Shown: piece after piece, positions 49,149 through 57,753 of the stretch | How positions within the stretch are numbered: position 1 is the stretch's first letter | How the letters are laid out: every line of letters begins with the position of its first letter | NCBI GenBank assembly: GCA_031362155.1 | Contig: JANLRZ010000056.1 | Location: 39,735 to 103,734 of the forward strand | Length of the DNA stretch: 64,000 bases | Reading direction: 5' to 3' | Origin: Acidimicrobiia bacterium | GTDB taxonomy: Bacteria; Actinomycetota; Acidimicrobiia; IMCC26256; JAENVU01 | The notes under the pieces: model-generated | The model's database searches: none | The model's input: only the letters and a program-made list of their open reading frames with translations | What the model was told of the DNA's origin: nothing | Made by a program: the position numbers and the translations under genes

Positions 49149-50066
49149 TCAGGACTGGCGGAGTTGCGCTGCGGCGGCCTCGGGGGCCAGCGGGTTGAAG
49201 AGTTGTTGGGCGCCGACCTCGGCGGAGGCCACGTACCGGAGCACGCCGGGCGCGCGGTGCATCGGCGCGAAGTGCACGTGCAGGTGCACGCCCGGGTGGA
49301 TCCACATCAGGTACGGCAGGGGATCGTCGTACATGCGGTCGTACCGGCCGACGATGTCGATGAGCGCGGCTGCGAGACCATCGCGCCCCGCCCCGGCGAG
49401 GCTGGGCAGATCTTCGACGTGCGTGCGCGGCGCGACCAGTGTCGCGAACGGGTACCCCGCGGCGAACGGCACGTGAGTGACCCAGTCGCCATCGTCGCGA
49501 ACCACTCGCTCCTCGGCCTCGGCCTCGCGATGAACCAGCCGACACACCGGGCACGCACCGGAGGTGCTCGCCGCGACCTCGGCTTCGCGGCGGGGGAGCG
49601 GTGGCACCGTCGGGAAGGCGTAGATCTGACCATGGGGATGGGAGATGGTGGCGCCGACCTCGGCCCCTCGGTTCTCGAAGACGAGCACGTACTCGACTTC
49701 GGCGCGGGCCATCAGCGCCTCGGTTCGCTCGGCCCAGAGGTCGACGACGGCTCGCGCCCGTTCGGGGCCGAGACTGGCGAAGGAACCCTCGTGGTCCGAC
49801 GTGTACAGCACGACCTCGGCTCCGCCGCGCGGTGGACGGGCGAGCAAGAGGTCGTTGCCATGGTCGGGGAAGTCGACGGCCGGACCAGGAACGAGGGGTG
49901 GCCAGCGGTTCGGGAAGGCCCGAACCGTGTACGGCTCGGGTGCTTCGAGGCCGCCGACGCAGAACGGGCACCCGCCAGTCGGTTGGTTCGGACGGTCCTG
50001 GCGCGCCCCAACGATCGCCACCCACTGATCGGTGAGCGAGTCGTGGCGGAACTCGTGATCGCTCAC
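49149..50066 (-). CDS. galT: Galactose-1-phosphate uridylyltransferase
   Basis: RQDRP, CPFC, FENRG..VG.TISHPHGQIYA; the GTG overlaps the upstream TGA. Confidence 0.9.
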   Translation of the reverse strand: MSDHEFRHDSLTDQWVAIVGARQDRPNQPTGGCPFCVGGLEAPEPYTVRAFPNRWPPLVPGPAVDFPDHGNDLLLARPPRGGAEVVLYTSDHEGSFASLGPERARAVVDLWAERTEALMARAEVEYVLVFENRGAEVGATISHPHGQIYAFPTVPPLPRREAEVAASTSGACPVCRLVHREAEAEERVVRDDGDWVTHVPFAAGYPFATLVAPRTHVEDLPSLAGAGRDGLAAALIDIVGRYDRMYDDPLPYLMWIHPGVHLHVHFAPMHRAPGVLRYVASAEVGAQQLFNPLAPEAAAAQLRQS

Positions 50067-50968
50067 CGGTCTTGGAGCTGAGGGAGGACTTCGGTCGCGA
50101 AGAGGTCGAGCCCGTCGAGGTCGAACGGCGCGCGCATGGCCAGGATCAACCACTCGGCGCCGGCCTCGCCGTAGGCACCGACCCGGTCGACGATTTCGCC
50201 GACCGACCCTTGCAACACGCCAGGTGACACGAACCTCGACATCTTGCCGAACTGGGCTTCGAGGTCCCCCGGGCGCATCGCGATGCCGACATTGGCCGCT
50301 CGCTCGATCGTAGCCGGGTCCCGTCCGACGGCCGCGCAGTGATCGTTCAACACGCGGTTCTTGTGGGCGAACGTCTCCGGTGCGAGGAACGGCACGTTCC
50401 AGCCGTCGGCATGCTCGGCCGCGATACGCAGCGTGACCTTCTCTCCGCCGCCGCCTACCCAAATGGGGAGACGGGCTTGGAGGGGCTTGGGTTCGCACTG
50501 TGCGTCGGTCATCGTGAAGAACTCGCCGGCGAAGTTGGTCTTCTCCTCCGTGAGGAGGCCGCGCACGCACTGGATGGCTTCGTTCACCTGGCGGAGCCGT
50601 ACTCCGGCCGACGGGTACGGGATCCCGTACGCGGCGTACTCCGCCTCCATCCACCCGCCGCCGAGTCCGAGGGTGACCCGGCCGTTCGCGATCTGGTCGA
50701 GGGTTGCCATCGTGTTCGCAATGACCGCCGGGTGCCGGTACCCGACCGAATACACGAGGCTGCCGCACCGAACGGTGTTCGTGGCCGCGGCGAGGGCCGC
50801 GTGGGAGGTGACGGCTTCGAGGCAGTGCGGGTTTCCGGTGTTGTCGGCCGCGTAGAAGTGATCCCAGATCGAGATCCACTCGAACCCGTGGGCCTCGATG
50901 CGTTGCCAGAGTGCCTGCAACTCGGAGATCGAAGTGTTCTGCAGGCCCGTATGCACACCGAATCGCAC
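50063..50968 (-). CDS. F420-dependent LLM-class oxidoreductase (TIGR03560-like)
   Basis: SIWDHFY, YRHPAVIA, GLGGGW, WVGGGGEKVTLRIAA. Confidence 0.88.
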   Translation of the reverse strand: MRFGVHTGLQNTSISELQALWQRIEAHGFEWISIWDHFYAADNTGNPHCLEAVTSHAALAAATNTVRCGSLVYSVGYRHPAVIANTMATLDQIANGRVTLGLGGGWMEAEYAAYGIPYPSAGVRLRQVNEAIQCVRGLLTEEKTNFAGEFFTMTDAQCEPKPLQARLPIWVGGGGEKVTLRIAAEHADGWNVPFLAPETFAHKNRVLNDHCAAVGRDPATIERAANVGIAMRPGDLEAQFGKMSRFVSPGVLQGSVGEIVDRVGAYGEAGAEWLILAMRAPFDLDGLDLFATEVLPQLQDR

Positions 50969-51087
50969 GGTCGCGGACTCTATCGGCCCAACCTCAGACC
51001 GGGGCGTTTGGCGCTTGGTGACGCGGAGCGCGCCATGGATTGCCAAACGCTGGCAGTCGGGTGCGGGTCGGGTGCGGGTCGGCGCCG

Positions 51088-51138
51088 CCTCCTCCTCTTC
51101 CGCTCTTGGCCCTGCGGGCCGGGCCGCTCGGGCCCCGG
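51088..51138 (+). repeat. REP-like intergenic repeat, family B copy 2, flanked by gtgcgggtcgg direct repeats
   Basis: cctcctcctcttccgctcttggccctgcgggccgggccgctcgggccccgg; gtgcgggtcgg twice at 51061-51082 and again at about 51165-51175. Confidence 0.8.
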
Positions 51139-51208
51139 AGGCGCCACGTCGTTGTGACTGCGACGTGCGGGTCGGGTGACGCTCGGCGCCGCCTCCTAAT
51201 GTGGTCAG

Positions 51209-52036
51209 GTGCTGACGATCGAGCAGATGCCGAAGTTGTCCGACCCGGTGCTGGTCGTGTCGTTCACCGGATGGGTCGACGGTGGGTTGGCCGGCGCCGG
51301 CGCCGCGGCGGTCTTGCGGGAGCAACTCGGCTCGGCGCGTACCTGCGCCCAGTTCGATCTCGCCGACTACGTCGACCTGCAACAAACGCGACCGACGGTC
51401 AGCCTCGTCGACGGAGAGACCCGTCGGGTGCACTGGCCCACCATCGAGATCGTGGCCGGTGTGGCCGGCCGGGATGTGCTGCTAGCGACCGGTCCCGAAC
51501 CTTCGGTGCGGTGGCACGACGTCGCCCGCGAACTGGTGGACTTTGCGAAGACGGTCGGCGTGAAGGATGCGGTGTGCATGGGTGGGATGCCCTCGCCGGT
51601 GTCGCATCGGCGCCCGATCGTCGTCCAGGCCACCGCGTCGAGTCGCTCGCTCGCGCAGGAAGCCGGTGCGTTGCGCGCCGACTATCTCGGGCCGACCGGC
51701 ATCCAGACGGTGCTGCAGGTCGCGTTGGGCGAGGCGGGCATTCCGGCGCTCGGCCTCTGGGCGCAGGTGCCTCACTACGTGTCGGGGACCCCGTCGCCAC
51801 CGGCGATTCGTGCGCTGCTCGAACGCCTCACCGAACTCACCCGAGTGACGGTCGACGTTGGGGATCTCGACGAGCAGACCACCGCCTACGAAGAACAGGT
51901 GGAATCGGGTCTCGCCGAGCGGCCCGATGTCGCCGCGATGGTGCGTCAACTCGAAGAGGCCGCCGAACCGGAGGAGTTGCCGTCGGGCGACGACCTCGCA
52001 CGCGAGATCGAGCAGTTCCTGCGCGACGAGGACTGA
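51209..52036 (+). CDS. PAC2 (proteasome assembly chaperone-like) family protein
   Basis: GWVDGG, RPTV, GPEP..RW, HRRP, YLGPTGI, WAQVPHYV. Confidence 0.9.
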   Translation: MLTIEQMPKLSDPVLVVSFTGWVDGGLAGAGAAAVLREQLGSARTCAQFDLADYVDLQQTRPTVSLVDGETRRVHWPTIEIVAGVAGRDVLLATGPEPSVRWHDVARELVDFAKTVGVKDAVCMGGMPSPVSHRRPIVVQATASSRSLAQEAGALRADYLGPTGIQTVLQVALGEAGIPALGLWAQVPHYVSGTPSPPAIRALLERLTELTRVTVDVGDLDEQTTAYEEQVESGLAERPDVAAMVRQLEEAAEPEELPSGDDLAREIEQFLRDED

Positions 52037-52037
52037 C

Positions 52038-54086
52038 TCAGCGCGAGAAGTACGCGAGCGGGTCACGCATCGCGGTCTCGAACGCGGTCGTCAGTGTCAG
52101 GGAGCCGGGCACGCTGAGGTGACGGCCGTCGCGGTAGAGCCACAAGTTGCCCCGGTTCGTGGCGCACGTCTTCGGCGCACAGATCGCATCGATGAAGTCG
52201 ACCGTCGAGGCCGAGGGTGCTTCCTGGGCGGCCTGCTCCTCGGCGGCCAGGGCGCGGCGTCGGAAATCCGCGACGTCGGCGCGGCTCTGGGTGACACCAC
52301 ACGACGCGGGGTCGAGTTGCACGCGAATCGCGGCACATCCGATCGGATCCCAGGTGAGCCACTGCGGCACCGCGTGCACCACGAGGGTCGGGATACCGGC
52401 ATGGTCCAGCTGGTTCAGCGTGCGTCCGAGCCCGCGCTGCCAGGCCGCGGCCTTCGCCGCCTCGGTGGTGGCCACCGCGCCCGACGGTTCGTGGAAGGTC
52501 GTCTGGTTGGCGAGGTAGGTCGGTGTCGACGCGGCGATGATCGCGAGCGATGGAGGATTCGCTTCCAGTTCGCGCCGGAGGCGAGCGTTCGACGCGGTAC
52601 ACGCGGCCGGGCGGGTCTGGGCGCCGTGGGGTTGGAGATCGACGAACGGACAGTTCGGTGAGGTGGCCACCGTGAAGTCGTACCCGAGGCGGTTCGCCGC
52701 TCGGGCGGCGGGTTCGGTGAAATGGCCGGCGTTGGAGTCGCCGAGGAGGACGATGTCACCCTTGGGGTTGGCCACCCGCCATGAACACTTCTTGGGGGAT
52801 CGTTCGAGGCCGAGCCCGCGATCGCAGCCACGGAAGTGGTCCGCATGCAGGGTCTTGCTGGCGCGGAGCAGCGACTGGGTCGCGACCCCGCCGCTCGGTT
52901 TCGGGGCGCGCACGAGACCGATGCAGGCGACGATCGGCACGGCGATACAGACGGTGGCCAACGCGACGGCCCGCCGCCCGCGCCACTGCGGGTTCGAGTG
53001 AATCGGCCGTTCGAGCCAGAGATAGGAAGCGATCGCCGGCAGGATCGAGACGGCTGCGGCGATCACTTTCACGTGATCGGTGGTGGGCCACAGCGCGGCG
53101 GCGAACACGATGAACGGCCAGTGCCAGAGATACCAGCTGTAGGAAACGTCACCGATGGCGGTGATCGGCCGGACGCTCAGCACGGCACTGACGCCGCGGG
53201 CCGGCTCGTGGGTGTGGGCGCCCGCGATGAGCAGGAGCGCAGTCCCCATCACCGGCAGTAGCGCCGCGGTGCCGGGGAAGGCGGTGGAACCGTCGAGGAG
53301 GAACGCGCCCGCCGCGACCAGCGCCGCGCCCGCGAGGCCCGCGGCAAGGGTGGCCGACCGGGGGACGCGTGCAAGGCGAGCCGCGAACAGGCCGAGGAGT
53401 GCACCGACGGCGAACTCCCACGCGCGAGTGGGGGCCATGTAGAACGCGAACCGGGAGTTGAGGCCGCTCGCGGTGGGTCCGGCGTTGGTGGCGACCACCG
53501 ACAGCACGAAGGACATCGAGGCGACGACACCAACCGTGAGCCCCATGACGAGGCGGCGGTCGCGCCCGGTCTTGCGGGCGACGATCAAGGCACCGACGAG
53601 GAGGGCGGGGAACACGAGGTAGAACTGCTCCTCGACCGAGAGCGACCACATGTGCAGCATCGGATTGCGGCTCGGGTCGACGTCGAAGTACCCGTTCGGT
53701 GAGCGGTACAAGTAGATGTTCGAGACGAACAGTGATGCGGCGATCCCGGTCCGGGCGGTGATGCCCCGCGTGAACTGGCTGATGGCGCCGACCGACGCGA
53801 TCGCCACCACGACGGTCGTGAGCGCGAGCGCGGGGAGGATCCGGCGCACCCGGCGGGCGTAGAAGGCCGCGAAGGAGATGCCGTCGGTGCGGTCGGCCTC
53901 CCGCAGGAGCAAGGCCGTGATGACGTAGCCGGAGATGACGAAGAAGACGTCGACGCCCGTGAAGCCGCCATCGACCGGCAACCCGGCGTGGTACGCGACG
54001 ACGAGGAGGACTGCGACGGCCCGGAGACCCTGAATGTCGGCCCGACGGTGGCCGGACAGCCCCTGCGAACTCGAACCGTCCGTCAT
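52038..54086 (-). CDS. Acyltransferase-3 plus SGNH O-acetyltransferase (OafA/OatA-like)
   Basis: RADIQGLRAVAV, GVDVFFVISGY, HMWSLSVEEQFY, GDSNA, DGRH. Confidence 0.92.
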   Translation of the reverse strand: MTDGSSSQGLSGHRRADIQGLRAVAVLLVVAYHAGLPVDGGFTGVDVFFVISGYVITALLLREADRTDGISFAAFYARRVRRILPALALTTVVVAIASVGAISQFTRGITARTGIAASLFVSNIYLYRSPNGYFDVDPSRNPMLHMWSLSVEEQFYLVFPALLVGALIVARKTGRDRRLVMGLTVGVVASMSFVLSVVATNAGPTASGLNSRFAFYMAPTRAWEFAVGALLGLFAARLARVPRSATLAAGLAGAALVAAGAFLLDGSTAFPGTAALLPVMGTALLLIAGAHTHEPARGVSAVLSVRPITAIGDVSYSWYLWHWPFIVFAAALWPTTDHVKVIAAAVSILPAIASYLWLERPIHSNPQWRGRRAVALATVCIAVPIVACIGLVRAPKPSGGVATQSLLRASKTLHADHFRGCDRGLGLERSPKKCSWRVANPKGDIVLLGDSNAGHFTEPAARAANRLGYDFTVATSPNCPFVDLQPHGAQTRPAACTASNARLRRELEANPPSLAIIAASTPTYLANQTTFHEPSGAVATTEAAKAAAWQRGLGRTLNQLDHAGIPTLVVHAVPQWLTWDPIGCAAIRVQLDPASCGVTQSRADVADFRRRALAAEEQAAQEAPSASTVDFIDAICAPKTCATNRGNLWLYRDGRHLSVPGSLTLTTAFETAMRDPLAYFSR

Positions 54087-54141
54087 CGGCAGGGACTTTA
54101 GAGGAGGCTGCGTCGTCGGGTTCCGGCTCGGCCGCCGGGCT

Positions 54142-54210
54142 CCCGACCTCGTGACGCAGCCGGGGCCTGAGCGGCCCGGCCCGCAGGGCCAAGAGCGGGA
54201 GAGGAGGAGG
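54142..54210 (-). repeat. REP-like intergenic repeat, family B copy 3
   Basis: rc reads cctcctcctctcccgctcttggccctgcgggccgggccgctcaggccccggctgcgtcacgaggtcggg. Confidence 0.8.
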
Positions 54211-54260
54211 GGTATGGGCACCCGGTAGCCTCGCCGATTCGACCTGATGGGGGGACCACG

Positions 54261-54575
54261 GTGAGCGTCGTCAAGATCAATGCAATCACAGTGCCGGCCG
54301 AACGCGCCGACGAGTTGGTGGCCCGATTCGCCGCCCGCGCCGGTGAGGTGAGCAGCATGGCCGGGTTCGAGATGTTCGAACTGCTCCGCCCGAGCGACGA
54401 CAAGGACACGTTCCTCGTGTACACGCGCTGGCGGTCGGAGGAAGACTTTCAAGCCTGGATGAACAGCGCGTCGTTCCAACACGGACACAAGCAGCACTCG
54501 GGTCAAGGCCCCGTGAGCACCGGCGCTGAGCTCTGGCAGTTCGACGTGGTGCAGCACGAGGACGCGCCGGCGTGA
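54261..54575 (+). CDS. mhuD: MhuD/IsdG-like heme-degrading monooxygenase (ABM fold)
   Basis: VVKINAI.VP, RFAARA, GF..FELLRP, W.SEEDFQAW, His, PVSTGA closely match mycobacterial MhuD as I recall it. Confidence 0.8.
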   Translation: MSVVKINAITVPAERADELVARFAARAGEVSSMAGFEMFELLRPSDDKDTFLVYTRWRSEEDFQAWMNSASFQHGHKQHSGQGPVSTGAELWQFDVVQHEDAPA

Positions 54576-56287
54576 GCGCAGTCGAGGCGCTCGTCGGCCC
54601 CGGCGGCCAGTACGAGATCGTGGTCGAGAACGTGCTCGGTGCCGATCTCCAGGTGTACAAGAACCGGTTCGCGTCGATGCGGGACGTCATGGCGTTCGGC
54701 GACGCCCGGGCCGATGTCGATTGGCTGGTCCAGGGTGATCGACGCGTCACCTTCGGCGAACACAACGCGTTGGCGCGCCGGGCCGCGGTCGCGCTCCGAG
54801 ACCTCGGCGTCGAGCGGGGCGATCGGGTCGCGATCGTGACCGCCAACACGATCGAGTGGGTCGTGATGTTCTGGGCGTGCGCCAGCATGGGTGCGGCCGC
54901 GGTCCCGTTGAACGCGTGGTGGAAGGCCGAGGAACTCGACTTCGCGTTGCGCGACTCGGGCGCCAAGGTGTTGTTCTGCGACCCGAAGCGCTGGGCGATC
55001 GTGCGCGACATCGTCGACACGATCCCCACCCTCGAACACGTCTACGTGATCGACCTCGACGAACCCGACGGCAAGGCCCAGCCCGGTGTGGATCTGCTCG
55101 CACCCGCCGATCCGGGATCGTTGCTCGATGTGCCGGTGGAGGAGGACGACATCCTCGCCATCCTCTACACTTCCGGGACGACGGGCAAGCCCAAGGGTGC
55201 GACCATCACCCACCGCCAGGCCCTCGCCAATCTGATGAACCTGGCCCTCGGCAGCCAGGCCAACGCGGCGATGGGGAAAGGTGAGCAGCGCACCGAGCAC
55301 CAAGCGGCCGCGCTGCTGATCGTTCCGCTGTTCCACGTCACGGGGACGTGCTCCACCATGATCGTGGCCTACGCCGGCGGGTCGAAGCTCGTCCTGATGC
55401 CACCGGGGCGGTTCGACGCCGATCACGCGATGGCGACCATCGAACGCGAGAAGGTCAGCTCGATCGGGGGAGTGCCCACCGTGATGTGGCGCATCGTGGA
55501 GGCCGACAACTTTGCCGACTTCGACCTGTCGAGCGTGACGCGGATCGGCTACGGCGGCGCACCGGCGGCACCGGAACTGGTCGAGCGGATCAAGGTCGCG
55601 TTCCCGCAGGTGCGCGATTCGTTGTCGACGGCGTACGGCCTCACCGAGAGCGCGTCGGTGGCGACCGCGATCTCGGGGGACGACTACTTCGCCCGGCCCG
55701 ACTCGGTCGGTCGACCGGTGCCGACGGTCGAGGCGATGGTCATCGACGACGAGGGTGCGCCCCTACCGGCGAACACGACCGGCGAACTCGCGTTGCGCGG
55801 TCCCACGATCATGATGCGCGGCTACTGGAACCGGCCGGACGCGACGGACGCGGTGTTCCTCCCCGGCGGGTGGTTCCGGACCGGCGACATCGCGCGGATC
55901 GACGACGATGGGTTCGTGTATCTCGTCGACCGAGCCAAGGACATGATCATTCGTGCGGGCGAGAACGTCTACTGCGTGGAGGTCGAGCACATCCTCCACG
56001 AGCACCCGGACGTGCTCGATGCTGCGCTCGTCGGTGTCCCGCATCGCACCCTCGGCGAGGAGGTCAAGGCCGTCGTGCAACTGCGGAAGGGATCGACCGC
56101 CACGGTGGAAGAAATTCGCGCGCATTGTGCCGAGCACCTGGCCTCGTTCAAGGTGCCCGAGTACGTGGAGTTCCGCGACGAACCTCTCCCGCGCAACCCC
56201 GCGGGCAAGATCCTCAAGCAACTGCTTCGGGGCGACGCCGCCGCGTCGGCGTTCTCCGAGTCGGCCGCTGACGACGCGGTGCTCTGA
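54572..56287 (+). CDS. Long-chain acyl-CoA synthetase (class I adenylate-forming)
   Basis: YTSGTTGKPKG, YGLTE, TGD, DRAKDMIIR, GKI. Confidence 0.93.
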   Translation: MSAVEALVGPGGQYEIVVENVLGADLQVYKNRFASMRDVMAFGDARADVDWLVQGDRRVTFGEHNALARRAAVALRDLGVERGDRVAIVTANTIEWVVMFWACASMGAAAVPLNAWWKAEELDFALRDSGAKVLFCDPKRWAIVRDIVDTIPTLEHVYVIDLDEPDGKAQPGVDLLAPADPGSLLDVPVEEDDILAILYTSGTTGKPKGATITHRQALANLMNLALGSQANAAMGKGEQRTEHQAAALLIVPLFHVTGTCSTMIVAYAGGSKLVLMPPGRFDADHAMATIEREKVSSIGGVPTVMWRIVEADNFADFDLSSVTRIGYGGAPAAPELVERIKVAFPQVRDSLSTAYGLTESASVATAISGDDYFARPDSVGRPVPTVEAMVIDDEGAPLPANTTGELALRGPTIMMRGYWNRPDATDAVFLPGGWFRTGDIARIDDDGFVYLVDRAKDMIIRAGENVYCVEVEHILHEHPDVLDAALVGVPHRTLGEEVKAVVQLRKGSTATVEEIRAHCAEHLASFKVPEYVEFRDEPLPRNPAGKILKQLLRGDAAASAFSESAADDAVL

Positions 56288-56296
56288 GGCCACTCA

Positions 56297-56674
56297 GTGG
56301 AGACGGTCTTCCACATCCACAAGGTCTGGGGCTACGTCTCGATCGGGGCGAACGCGATCGCCGGGCTGTATTGCCTCGCGGCATGGAAGTGGACCTCGCT
56401 ACGGGGACGCCCGGTCTGGATCATCACCGCCATCGCCCAGATCGCGATCCTCATTCAGGTCGTATTGGGGGTGGCGATGGTGGCGGGTGACAAGGGATAC
56501 GCGAAGTCCGTCCCGCGATTTCACATGTTCTACGGCTTCGTGATCTTCATCACCATCGGTCTGTTGTACGCGTATCGTCAGCAGATGCGCGGCCGGCTCG
56601 AGTTGCTGTATGGGTTGGGCGGACTCTTCGTGATGGGCTTGGGTATTCGGGCGGTCCTCCAGGTCGTCACGTGA
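56297..56674 (+). CDS. Small four-TM membrane protein
   Basis: Four hydrophobic segments, H..WGY and FHMFYG. Confidence 0.75.
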   Translation: METVFHIHKVWGYVSIGANAIAGLYCLAAWKWTSLRGRPVWIITAIAQIAILIQVVLGVAMVAGDKGYAKSVPRFHMFYGFVIFITIGLLYAYRQQMRGRLELLYGLGGLFVMGLGIRAVLQVVT

Positions 56675-57753
56675 GCCGCACGCGCGTGATGCTGATCTTC
56701 GGAGGTCGCTCGGCGGAACACGACGTCTCGCGGGCGACCGCGGTGGCTGTGGCGAGGGCGCTCGATCCGGAGCGCTACGAGGTGATCCCGGTCGCGATTA
56801 CGACCGACGGTCAGTGGCACGCGGCCGAAGCCGCCGCCGCGCTGCTCGCCGCTGGTCCTGAGGCGTTGCCGGCGGCGTTTCCCGTCGACGGTCCGGAACT
56901 GGAGTCGCTCGGCGCGGTGGTCGCGACCTCCGGTCGGCGCGGGCTCGACGTCGATGTCGTGGTGCCCTTGTTGCACGGTCCGTTCGGCGAAGACGGCACC
57001 GTGCAGGGCCTGCTCGAGTTGGCCGACCTGCCCTACGTCGGTTCCGGCGTTCTCGGCTCCGCGGTCGGCATGCACAAGGGTGCGATGAAGCAGATGTTCA
57101 CCGCCGCGGGGATTCCCCAGGGGGCCTACCTGGAGTTCCGCGACGGGCAGGATCGTGCCGAGTTCGTCGCCCGGGCGATCGCCGACTTGGGACTGCCGTG
57201 CTTCGTGAAGCCGGCGAACATGGGGTCATCGGTCGGGGTCAGCAAGGCCGAGACGGCGGTCGAACTCGAGGCCGCAATCGATCTCGCGCTCGGCTACGAC
57301 GAGGACATCCTGGTCGAGGAGATGATCACCGGCCGCGAGATCGAGGTTGCGGTCTTGGGGTCACTCCGCCCGGAGGCGTCACTCCCCGGCGAGGTCGTGC
57401 CCGGCGCGGAGTTCTACTCGTACGCCGACAAGTACGAAGACGGGAGTGCCCAGCTGCTCGTTCCGGCGCCGCTCGGAGCCGACGCGACCGCGGAAGTTCG
57501 GGCGCTCGCGCTGCGCGCGTTCGCCGCGTGTCGCTGTGACGGGATGGCCCGCGTCGATTGCTTCTATGACGAGGGTGGTCGCGGCTTCTTGCTCAACGAA
57601 GTGAACACGATCCCGGGCTTCACTCCGATCTCCATGTACCCGAAGCTGTGGGAGGCCAGCGGCCTGCCGTATCCGGCGCTGCTCGACCGGCTGATCGAAC
57701 TGGCGATCGAACGTCACGACCGGCGCGCGGCGCGGGCCGGCCGGCAACGCTGA
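56671..57753 (+). CDS. ddl: D-alanine--D-alanine ligase
   Basis: FGGRSAEHDVS, LHGPFGEDG, KPANMGSSVG, FYSYADKY, NEVNTIPG. Confidence 0.95.
   Translation: MSRTRVMLIFGGRSAEHDVSRATAVAVARALDPERYEVIPVAITTDGQWHAAEAAAALLAAGPEALPAAFPVDGPELESLGAVVATSGRRGLDVDVVVPLLHGPFGEDGTVQGLLELADLPYVGSGVLGSAVGMHKGAMKQMFTAAGIPQGAYLEFRDGQDRAEFVARAIADLGLPCFVKPANMGSSVGVSKAETAVELEAAIDLALGYDEDILVEEMITGREIEVAVLGSLRPEASLPGEVVPGAEFYSYADKYEDGSAQLLVPAPLGADATAEVRALALRAFAACRCDGMARVDCFYDEGGRGFLLNEVNTIPGFTPISMYPKLWEASGLPYPALLDRLIELAIERHDRRAARAGRQR

Noticed and set aside
49091-54210. Repeats as a CRISPR array or IS ends
   Set aside because: Copies are kilobases apart with genes between them, and no transposase or target-site duplication is evident.
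56671-57753. VanA/VanB-type glycopeptide resistance ligase
   Set aside because: Tyr-type omega loop and no vanH/vanX neighbours.
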